Of a stretch of DNA of 64,000 nucleotides, positions 48,202 through 56,453 are shown one piece after another. The position numbers were made by a program, and so were the translations under genes. Position 1 is the first letter of the stretch, and every line of letters begins with the position of its first letter. The DNA comes from Rickettsiales bacterium (GTDB lineage: Bacteria > Pseudomonadota > Alphaproteobacteria > Rickettsiales > SXRF01). The stretch lies in contig JAJTHB010000012.1 of the NCBI GenBank assembly GCA_021299465.1, forward strand, positions 16,173 through 80,172, written 5' to 3'. The notes beneath the pieces are model-generated. The model did not search any database and had not been told where the DNA came from. It saw only the letters and a program-made list of their open reading frames with translations.

Positions 48202-51200
48202 TGTCCGACTATCACAGCAATAGCTTTTCCACCTGGGCCATCCGCAACCCTATCCCGCCGATTGTGCTGTTTCTGGTGCTGACGCTGGCAGGGCTAGTGG
48301 CTTACACGAAACTGCCGGTCAATAACATGCCCGCAGTCGTTATTCCGATTGTCAGCGTGACGATCAGCCAGCCCGGAGCTACGGCCACGGAAATGGAAAC
48401 GCAGATCACCCGCATCGTGGAAAGTGCGCTGGCGGGTATGCAAGGGGTAAAGCATATTCAGTCAACCGTTTCGGAAGGCTCATCGAGCAGCATCATCGAG
48501 TTTCAGTTGGAAACGGATGTTGACCGTGCGGTGAATGACTCGCGGGATGCAGTAGCGGGTATACGCGACCAGTTGCCCCGTTCTATTTTAGAGCCGCAGG
48601 TAAAGCGTGAGGATATTGATGGTGGCCCCATCCTGATTTATACGCTCGAAGCACCGGAAATGCGTGCCGAGGATGCAAGCTGGTTTATTGATGATTTTCT
48701 TAACCGTGAATTGATGGCGATTACGGGTGTAGCGGCTGTGGCGCGTCAGGGCGGTATCAACCACGAAATTACCTTCACGCTAGAGCCAGCCAAGCTGATG
48801 GCTCTAGGCATTTCCGCTGCCGATGTCAGCCACGCGCTGGCTAGGACCAATGTCGATTTACCGGGTGGGCGCATTACCCTTTCTGGCACGGAATATTCAC
48901 TCCGCACGCTGGGTAATGTCAAAACCGTGGAGCTATTAAGAGAAACGCGCATTGCGCTGGCAAACGGGCGTGAATTGCGGCTTGGTGATCTTGGCACCAT
49001 CACTGATGGCGGCGCAGAGCCACGCAACATCACCAAACTCGATGGTAAACCCGCGATCATTTTTCAAATTTCCCGTGCCAAGGGAACCAGTGATGTGGAC
49101 GTGGCACACAAGGTAGAAGCTAAACTCGCTGAGATTGATAAAGCCCGCGAGGATGTCAGCTTTCGCCAGATTTTTTCGACCGCTACCTTCACCGAAAACA
49201 GCTTCCATGCAACGATCACCAATCTGCTGGAAGGTGCGGCACTCACCATCTTCGTCGTATTTCTATTCCTGCGCGACAAGCGTGCCACGATGATTGCAGC
49301 GATTGCTATCCCGCTTTCGATTATCCCGACATTTCTCGCGATGCATCTGCTGGGTTTTTCGCTGAATACCGTCACTTTGCTTGGCATTTCGCTCGTCACC
49401 GGCGTATTGGTGGATGATGCGATTGTAGAAATCGAAAACATCCACCGGCATATGCGAGAAGGTAAAAAGCCTTATGATGCGGCCATGTTCGCCGCCGATG
49501 AAATTGGTCTGGCCGTCATCGCCACCACGCTCGTGATTTGTGCCGTATTCGTGCCGGTGAGTTTGATGCCGGGCATATCGGGCAAGTTCTTCATCCAGTT
49601 CGGGCTGACGGTTGCCATCGCCGCCTTCTTCTCGCTGATTGTGGCGCGGCTCTTAACCCCTATGCTTGCCGCCCATTTGCTCAAAGCCCCCAAGCACCAC
49701 GACACACAACCTCCCCGGTGGTTGCTGCGCTATCATCGCCTTGTCAATTGGACGCTTGATCACCGCCTGAAAACGATGGGCTTGGCGCTGCTCAGCATGG
49801 TGCTTTCCTTCGGCATGATTCCATTTCTTTCAGAAGGATTTATTCCTTACGAGGATATTTCCCAAGCACGCCTGACGCTGGAATTGCCGCGTGGCGCAAC
49901 GCTACAGCAAACGGATGCAGCGGCGCAAACAGTGGCGGCGATACTGAAGAAACAGCCGGAGGTGGAATATGTCCTCACCAGTATTGGCACGACTGCCGCC
50001 AGTCTGGGCGGTGATCCGGGTGAGAATCAGACCGCTGCTAACGGCGTTAACAAAGCAACGATTGATGTAAAGCTCGTGCCACCAGATAAACGCAGCCTTG
50101 AGCAACGCGCATGGGAAGCAAATGTTCTGCCAGAGCTAAAAAATCTGCCCGACATGCGGATTAACTTTGAAAATTCAGACGGCGAGAAAGATGTATCCAT
50201 CACGTTGGTGAGTGACAATAGCGATGCTTTGACCCGAACCGCCGAAGCGCTTGAGCGCGAAATGCGTTCGCTTTCTGAACTCAGCAGCCTCAGCTCCACC
50301 GCTGGCCTCAGCCAGCCGGAAATCACCATTACGCCCGATTTTGCCAAAGCCGCGCAGTTGGGCGTTTCCGTGCAGGCGATCAGCGATGCCGTCAATATCG
50401 GCACCATCGGTGATATTGAGACTAACCTCGCCAAGTTTAATTATGGCAATCGGCAAATCCCTATCCGCGTGCGTTTGCCGCAGGATGCAAACCAATCTAT
50501 CGACATGCTGAAAAACCTGAAATTGCCGACCGCCAGTGGCGGCAGCGTACCACTGTCAGCCATTGCAACCATCGCATTCGGCAGCGGCCCAACCATCATC
50601 CAGCGTTATGATCGCCAACGCCAGATTTCGCTGGAAGCGAATTTGAATGGCGACGCGCTTGGCGACGCACTCGATAGAGTGGAGGCACTTCCAACGCTAA
50701 AAAACCTTCCCGCTGACGTAAAAATGCAAAACTCTGGCGATGCAGAAATAATGGAGGAGCTATTCGGCGGATTTATGCAAGCCATCGGCGCAGGTTTGCT
50801 GATGGTCTATGCGATTCAGGTGTTACTCTACAAAGACTGGATTCAGCCCTTCACGCGCATGGCGGCACTACCGCTTTCCATTGGTGGTGCATTTGTATTT
50901 CTGCTGGTGACCGGCACGGAGTTTTCCATGCCCGCCATGATCGGTATTCTCATGCTGATGGGCATTGCCGACAAAAACTCCATCCTGCTGGTGGATTATA
51001 TGCTGGAACTCATGAAGCAAGGCCGCACACGCCGCGAAGCAATTGTGGAAGCCTGCATGGTGCGTGCGCGGCCTATCGTGATGACCTCGCTTGCCATGCT
51101 CGCGGGTATGTTGCCCATTGCGCTACAATTCGGGCTTGATACGGCCTTCCGCGCACCAATGGCCATTGCGGTAATGGGTGGCTTGATTTCTTCCACCGCC

Positions 51201-51287
51201 CTCAGCCTCATCTTCGTCCCCGTCATGTTCAGCTATGTGCGTGATTTTGAGGACTGGCTGAAACCGAAGCTTAAGAGGTTGTTATAG
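48201..51287 (+). CDS. RND inner-membrane efflux pump (AcrB/HAE1-like)
   Basis: 1028 aa with 12 TM segments and two large periplasmic loops. The TM4 motif reads [20 protein letters not shown]. Confidence 0.9.
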   Translation: MSDYHSNSFSTWAIRNPIPPIVLFLVLTLAGLVAYTKLPVNNMPAVVIPIVSVTISQPGATATEMETQITRIVESALAGMQGVKHIQSTVSEGSSSSIIEFQLETDVDRAVNDSRDAVAGIRDQLPRSILEPQVKREDIDGGPILIYTLEAPEMRAEDASWFIDDFLNRELMAITGVAAVARQGGINHEITFTLEPAKLMALGISAADVSHALARTNVDLPGGRITLSGTEYSLRTLGNVKTVELLRETRIALANGRELRLGDLGTITDGGAEPRNITKLDGKPAIIFQISRAKGTSDVDVAHKVEAKLAEIDKAREDVSFRQIFSTATFTENSFHATITNLLEGAALTIFVVFLFLRDKRATMIAAIAIPLSIIPTFLAMHLLGFSLNTVTLLGISLVTGVLVDDAIVEIENIHRHMREGKKPYDAAMFAADEIGLAVIATTLVICAVFVPVSLMPGISGKFFIQFGLTVAIAAFFSLIVARLLTPMLAAHLLKAPKHHDTQPPRWLLRYHRLVNWTLDHRLKTMGLALLSMVLSFGMIPFLSEGFIPYEDISQARLTLELPRGATLQQTDAAAQTVAAILKKQPEVEYVLTSIGTTAASLGGDPGENQTAANGVNKATIDVKLVPPDKRSLEQRAWEANVLPELKNLPDMRINFENSDGEKDVSITLVSDNSDALTRTAEALEREMRSLSELSSLSSTAGLSQPEITITPDFAKAAQLGVSVQAISDAVNIGTIGDIETNLAKFNYGNRQIPIRVRLPQDANQSIDMLKNLKLPTASGGSVPLSAIATIAFGSGPTIIQRYDRQRQISLEANLNGDALGDALDRVEALPTLKNLPADVKMQNSGDAEIMEELFGGFMQAIGAGLLMVYAIQVLLYKDWIQPFTRMAALPLSIGGAFVFLLVTGTEFSMPAMIGILMLMGIADKNSILLVDYMLELMKQGRTRREAIVEACMVRARPIVMTSLAMLAGMLPIALQFGLDTAFRAPMAIAVMGGLISSTALSLIFVPVMFSYVRDFEDWLKPKLKRLL

Positions 51288-51364
51288 GACTGTTACTGCT
51301 TTGGCAGCTTTCTAACTGAACTCCTTGTTAAATTTGTTCATTGCTGTATTTTTGGTTAGTCAAA

Positions 51365-51385
51365 AATTAACAATTAACAATTAAC
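51365..51385. repeat. Heptanucleotide tandem repeat (AATTAAC)x3 15 nt upstream of the SIR2 start
   Basis: Perfect copies lie at 51365-51371, 51372-51378 and 51379-51385. They are followed by AAAACAAACAAC. Confidence 0.8.
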
Positions 51386-51400
51386 AAAACAAACAACGTC

Positions 51401-53194
51401 ATGGCGGCAGAACCTCCGGAAAGCGTCGATACTTTGGCAGAACCACTAGAGCTATCAGATGGTGATTTTATCGCACGCTACGTTCAGAGCGCCCCACAAA
51501 TTATGTGGTTTTTGGGCGCTGGAACTTCGCGCACCGCTGGTATGCCGACGGCTACGGATATTATTTGGGATTTGAAACGGAAATATTACTGCCGTGAGGA
51601 AAACCAAGACATCCAGCAGCACGATATCAATAACGAAAGCGTTAAGAGAAAAATCCAATCATATATGGATAGCAAGAGTTTCCCTGCGTTATGGAGCGCG
51701 GAGGAATACTCCTTCTATTTTGATTTAACCTTCAAAACGGATTACGCGGAGCAGCAAAAATATCTAACTGCCCAGCTATCAACGGATAAAATATCCCTGA
51801 ATATCGGCCACCGTGTTTTGGCTGCGCTGTTAGAAATGGGAAAGGCCAAGCTTGCATTCACAACAAATTTTGACACCGTGATTGAACGTGCGCACGCCGA
51901 AGTTACTGCAAAAGACCTGGCCACATATAACCTCGAAGGTTCTTATGCGGCGCTCGAAGCATTAAATGCTGAGAATTTCCCGATCTATGCCAAGTTGCAT
52001 GGAGATTTTCGTTACCAGAGCATTAAAAATCTGGCAGCAGATTTGGTCAGTAACGACGAGAAAATACAAAGCTGCTTTATGGCAGCGGCAACTCGCTATG
52101 GATTAGTCGTTTCGGGATATAGTGGCCGCGATCAAAACGTCATGACTATGTTTGATAAGGCCTTGGAGCAAAACAATCCATTCCCACAAGGTTTGTATTG
52201 GACAATTACCAAACCGAGCGATGTAACGGACTCAATAAAAGCCTTAATAATGAAGGCAAGAAGCAAAAACGTGAAGGCGTATGTCGTTATCGCCGGAACA
52301 TTTGACATCATGCTATCGAAGATATGGCGGCAAATATCGAATAAGCCTGATGCACTTGATAAAAAGGTCAGAACTGCGATTGCAAAGACGGTTTCCATTC
52401 CGCTGCCCGGAAAAAGCAGCAGCTTTCCTTTACTGCGTACCAATGCCCTTCTAATTACAAGTGTCCCCACAGAATGCGCTGCCATAAGCACTGTAACGGC
52501 TCCAGCATATCCTGCGTTTAAGGAAGCTATTAAGGCAATCTCGGACGTGGTTGCTGCGAAAACCGATAAGATATTACTCTGGGGAAATAGTGCCAATGCA
52601 TTAACTGCGTTGGCGGCGTTTACCCCCTCTCAACCGCAGAAACACCAGTTTGATGCACCTGAATCAGCAATTCAGCAAAGCACTCATATCAAGGCTTTTT
52701 ATGAAGAGGCGCTGGCAAATGCTTTGGTGAGCGGAAAACCTCTAAAATTACGGAAGGATAGGACGACTTTTTATGTGATTGTTGACCATGCACAAGTGAC
52801 AAACGCAGCTTTGAGTCCATTAAAAAATGCTGCCGGTTACCAAGGACGCGCTGGGGCAATATGTGGCTCTGTAAAGGCAGGTGTATTTTGGTCAGAGGCC
52901 GTAAGCCTACGCTTGGAAGAGCGGAATGGCGTTTTGTGGCTCTTATTGCGCCCCGATGTATGGATTTCTCCAATGGTGGAAAGACAGAATTGCTTGGATT
53001 TTGTTAAGGGGAGGAAGAAGTACCGCTACAATCAGAAAGCAAATGAATTTCTGGATGCGTGGGTGCAGGTACTATTGGGAGAATTAGGAGGAAAGGAAAT
53101 TGAAATTACTTATCTTCCTCAATCTGATTTCCCGGCAAAATTTACAATAAACACCCGTTCTGCATTCAGCGGTAAAGAGGTGCTCAATGGTTGA
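51401..53194 (+). CDS. SIR2-family NADase-like protein with about 300-aa C-terminal extension (SIR2-APAZ-like)
   Basis: SIR2 motifs are WFLGAGTSRTAGMPT, FTTNFDT and KLHGDF. The 597-aa size and the C-terminal extension match SIR2-APAZ architecture. A short-pAgo-like start is translationally coupled downstream. Confidence 0.6.
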   Translation: MAAEPPESVDTLAEPLELSDGDFIARYVQSAPQIMWFLGAGTSRTAGMPTATDIIWDLKRKYYCREENQDIQQHDINNESVKRKIQSYMDSKSFPALWSAEEYSFYFDLTFKTDYAEQQKYLTAQLSTDKISLNIGHRVLAALLEMGKAKLAFTTNFDTVIERAHAEVTAKDLATYNLEGSYAALEALNAENFPIYAKLHGDFRYQSIKNLAADLVSNDEKIQSCFMAAATRYGLVVSGYSGRDQNVMTMFDKALEQNNPFPQGLYWTITKPSDVTDSIKALIMKARSKNVKAYVVIAGTFDIMLSKIWRQISNKPDALDKKVRTAIAKTVSIPLPGKSSSFPLLRTNALLITSVPTECAAISTVTAPAYPAFKEAIKAISDVVAAKTDKILLWGNSANALTALAAFTPSQPQKHQFDAPESAIQQSTHIKAFYEEALANALVSGKPLKLRKDRTTFYVIVDHAQVTNAALSPLKNAAGYQGRAGAICGSVKAGVFWSEAVSLRLEERNGVLWLLLRPDVWISPMVERQNCLDFVKGRKKYRYNQKANEFLDAWVQVLLGELGGKEIEITYLPQSDFPAKFTINTRSAFSGKEVLNG

Positions 53195-53324
53195 AACTCG
53201 TAATCAACTATCTGCATATCGAGCCCTGCCAGAACCAGAGCTGATTTTCCATCAGCTTAAAAAAGACACGCACCCATTGAGAGGGTTGGTGAAACACGGT
53301 CCTTATGGGCAGTCACTTGGCTAG
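53187..53324 (+). pseudogene. 45-codon remnant of a short prokaryotic Argonaute gene (N-terminus only)
   Basis: MVETRNQLSAYRALPEPELIFHQLKKDTHPLRGLVKHGPYGQSLG*. The EPxLxF...(R/D)GLxxxGP pattern resembles short-pAgo N-termini. The ATG overlaps the SIR2 stop (ATGGTTGA). Confidence 0.45.
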
Positions 53325-54592
53325 CCACCTTAATTGCACAGATAGCATGTCATCAAAATGAACTGCCGCAAGGTAGTCCATGCTCACCAGTTATCACAAA
53401 TCTCATCACGCATATTCTCGATGTCCGCCTAACACAACGGGCAAAAAAATATGGCTGCACATACTCGCGCTATGCAGATGACATTACATTTTCCACGAAT
53501 CAGAAGGCATTCCCTGAAAAACTAGCTACGCCATCCGATAAGCCCAATCAATGGATGGTTAGCAGCGAAATCGAAGGCATTATCAAACACTCTGGTTTCA
53601 ATATAAATCCGGCGAAAACACGCCTCCAGTTTCGCCCATCCCGGCAGATGGTTACAGGCCTCGTCGTTAATAGAAAAGTGAACATTAAAAGCGAGTATTA
53701 CCGTTACGCACGCTCGATGTGTCATGCGCTATTTACGCTGGGTTCTTTCTTCCGTCCCGGCAGCGACAAACCCACATCTCTCAGGCAACTCGAAGGCATC
53801 TTGAGTCACATTCACTTCATTAAAGAATTCAGCCGCACTACAGATGAACTGACTCTCCGTAAAAAAGTGATGGAAAATGCAAAGGGCAAAGAACGGCCTA
53901 AACTGGATGCAGCAACAGAACTGTATTCTAAATTCCTCTATTTTCGCTATTTTGTGGCGCTGGAGCGGCCACTCATTTTATGCGAAGGCAAGACCGACAA
54001 TATCTACCTCAAAGCTGCCATCAAGCAGTTGGCGAAGAAGAATGTATTCACATTCCCACATGCAGTCGATTTCTTCCCATTTACGCGGCGAGTCAGCGAA
54101 GTAATGAGAATCCATGATGGAGCCCCGGCACTAAAAAACTTCATTGAACATTATACGAAAAGCACGACATTCAAATTTCAGACTCGATCACATCCCGTGA
54201 TTGTTCTGCTGGATAATGATGACGAAGCCAAAAAGGTGATAGACCTCCTGAGCAATAATTTCAAAAAAGATGGCGTTACATACGATCAAAATAGCAATTT
54301 CGTATATCACGTCATTTCTAATTTATACGTCATGCTATTGCCTAAGCCGACAGACACGGCGAAAAATAAAATTGAAGATTTCTTTAATCCATCGGTCATC
54401 GCAACTGTGCTGGAAGGTAAAACTTTCTCAGCGGAGAACGGCAAAAAATTCGATAACCAAAAGCATTACTCAAAACAGGTATTGGCAACAAAAATTGTGC
54501 GCCAGACGCAGGACAGCATAGATTTCAGCAATTTCAAGCCGGTGCTAGAACTGTTATCCAATACCATTCAGTCTTATACTGCTCCCAATTAG
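53325..54592 (+). pseudogene. 5'-truncated retron-type reverse transcriptase fused to a TOPRIM domain (retron Ec67/Eco2-like architecture)
   Basis: RT similarity starts at about 53325, with no start codon there. LPQGSPCSPVITNL, YSRYADDITFS (YADD) and QMVTGLVVNRKVN are retron-like. The C-terminal TOPRIM has ILCEGKTDNIYL and VIVLLDNDDEAKK. RT motifs 1-4 are absent. Confidence 0.7.
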
Positions 54593-54861
54593 GCCGCAGC
54601 TACACTTAGCGGTTCCCACTGGAAGGTTTTGCCATCCAGTTGCGGCGGGGACTTGTAAATCTCCACCCAGTCTTTTATAACCACCTGTAATTGCTCAACC
54701 CGGTTCGAGTTTAGTCCGCGGGGGAGCACCATCCGTGTTCGTTGATTTTTGCTTTGCAAAAATCTAGCTTCGACCAGATTAGGCGCAATCCAATCGATGG
54801 TGTAAGCGTACGAAGCGAATGCCTCGCCGTAGTCCGACAGGGCGAAAGCGGGCGAGTTCGA
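54589..54861 (-). pseudogene. Start-less 90-codon open frame, probable C-terminal gene remnant
   Basis: Open frame ...SDYGEAFASYAYTIDWIAPNLVEARFLQSKNQRTRMVLPRGLNSNRVEQLQVVIKDWVEIYKSPPQLDGKTFQWEPLSVAAA*. There is no plausible start or RBS at its 5' end, and the family is unknown. Confidence 0.25.
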
Positions 54862-54899
54862 TTATTCTCGACTGCCACCATACTTAAAAAACAAGCAGA

Positions 54900-56312
54900 C
54901 TAAATCTGAACCGCTTGCTCGCTGGCGGCGGTGTCGCGTCGCTCTATTTTTGCAGCCCAGCTATTTTTTTGCGATAGCGCGGTCATTTTTTCTCGCAGCG
55001 CCGCTTCAACTTGTGGCTGAGTTAAGCTCACATGCGCAAGGCCAGAGACATACGCCGCTGCTTCAGAAATGGCCTGCTCGCGCACCTCTTCCGGCTGCTT
55101 GACGAGCACATTTGCCGAGAGCAGCACCAGATCATTCATTATGCTTCGATCATCATCAGTTTCTTTGGGGCGTTTTGAGCCAGAAAGCCCAAACAAGCTA
55201 TGGGCGACGAGAAAGGAAGATGCGGTGAGCACATTCCATAAATAATCATGCTGCTTGGCCTGAGCATATTTTAATTCTGCAGCATTGCCATGCGCTCGTT
55301 TGATTGCATTTAACCCATCGACACGTTCTTTATTGGCGCCGATAAGATTGAGCACGTTGTTACTCATTGCCATCGGCATAGCAATCCATGCGCGCGGATT
55401 GCCGGTGATTTTATCCTTTAGCGTTTCTGGCGGCGGTTCCTTACCATCAATCACATTTCTGCTGCCATCCAATATTTTATGGCCACGCGGTTTTTCGAGT
55501 AAAAATGTTGATGCCCACGCGGTTGTAATCAACGCACCAGCGGCAACCTTATATACATTTCTGTTGTTGCTTGCGTGATCCAATTTCAATCCGGCGTGGA
55601 TCATAAAAAGGCCACCGGTCAGTTCCGTCAGGCATTTTACTTGCCCAATATGCTTATGCAGCCAATGGTGAGTGGCTTTAAGTGCACCGCTCTGATGAAG
55701 CGTATCAGGATTAAGGGGATCGACCTGCGAAAGAGCAACCCCTTTTTTATGCAAATGCTTTTTTAATCCCTGCGCTGCTGCCTGTAATTCTTCATCTCCC
55801 TTTTCGGTGCCATAAAAGGTCATTAAAGCGTCGCCAAGAGCAAATGCGCCGCCGGTCGCGATTTCTGACCAGTCGTTGTTACTCAGCTTTCCTGTTCGGT
55901 TATGACGTCCGCGCTGAACGCCCGATATCATTAAGGCAATATTGCCTAAATCATAAAAAAGTGCCGAAAAAAACAATGATTTGCCGCGCACACGTTCAGA
56001 AAATTTTTGTGGTGGCTGGTTGGTTTTGACCAGATCTTTTTCAACACCGTTATGCGCAAGATCGAGTTTTTCTAGATTTTCAATAAAAGACTTTTCATTT
56101 TTGAGACCGCGCACCTGAATAACATTGCGCCCATCCTTGGTATCCATAAGAGTCGAGTAACCACGAGCGCCCAGTTTATTTCTAAGATTTTCCAGTTGCT
56201 CGCCAGGTGCATCCGCTACAGCGATCATTTCTGCCTGCGTGACATTGCCGCGCACCGTCGTGATTTCAACACGATCAATCATGGTGGCGTTTTTGTAACG
56301 GTAAATGGTCAT
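54900..56312 (-). CDS. Hypothetical polytopic membrane protein with soluble N-terminal domain
   Basis: 470 aa. A soluble N-terminal region of about 110 aa is followed by about 6 weakly hydrophobic helices and a C-terminal helical tail. No family was recognised. Confidence 0.5.
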   Translation of the reverse strand: MTIYRYKNATMIDRVEITTVRGNVTQAEMIAVADAPGEQLENLRNKLGARGYSTLMDTKDGRNVIQVRGLKNEKSFIENLEKLDLAHNGVEKDLVKTNQPPQKFSERVRGKSLFFSALFYDLGNIALMISGVQRGRHNRTGKLSNNDWSEIATGGAFALGDALMTFYGTEKGDEELQAAAQGLKKHLHKKGVALSQVDPLNPDTLHQSGALKATHHWLHKHIGQVKCLTELTGGLFMIHAGLKLDHASNNRNVYKVAAGALITTAWASTFLLEKPRGHKILDGSRNVIDGKEPPPETLKDKITGNPRAWIAMPMAMSNNVLNLIGANKERVDGLNAIKRAHGNAAELKYAQAKQHDYLWNVLTASSFLVAHSLFGLSGSKRPKETDDDRSIMNDLVLLSANVLVKQPEEVREQAISEAAAYVSGLAHVSLTQPQVEAALREKMTALSQKNSWAAKIERRDTAASEQAVQI

Positions 56313-56379
56313 GCAACTTCAAAATTCCAAGATACAAGCCAAGATTAACATATATATCGCCATCTAATTGTGACGGTTT

Positions 56380-56397
56380 TGTAACAGTTTTGTTACA
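56380..56397. promoter_or_regulatory. Perfect 7-4-7 inverted repeat TGTAACA-GTTT-TGTTACA in a divergent promoter region
   Basis: Read directly at 56380-56397. A third half-site, GTTACAA, lies at 56403-56409. Confidence 0.5.
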
Positions 56398-56453
56398 GAC
56401 CCGTTACAATTCATTGTGCTTGCCATGGGCTGGCTCGCTAGTAGCATGCGGGC

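Noticed and set aside
53187-54592. The possibility that the pAgo stub and the RT-TOPRIM form one functional chimeric protein through a frameshift or programmed slippage.
   Set aside because: The frames differ and the pAgo frame ends in TAG. The RT part lacks motifs 1-4, including a catalytic Asp. Even an in-frame fusion would therefore be a catalytically dead RT joined to only 45 residues of pAgo.
54699-54880. Two tRNA- or tmRNA-like 3' ends on the plus strand: GGTTCGAGT...GAGCACCA at 54701-54731 and GAGTTCGATT...CTGCCACCA at 54855-54880. They could be attR remnants of tRNA-Leu or pieces of a permuted alphaproteobacterial ssrA.
   Set aside because: Neither folds into a 5-bp T-stem with a 7-nt loop plus a 7-nt acceptor strand. 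The would-be acceptor partners lack the G3:U pair required for tmRNA. The spacing differs from the tRNA-Leu 3' end, with only 9+6 nt shared. No tag-peptide frame was seen. A continuous 90-codon frame runs across both on the opposite strand.
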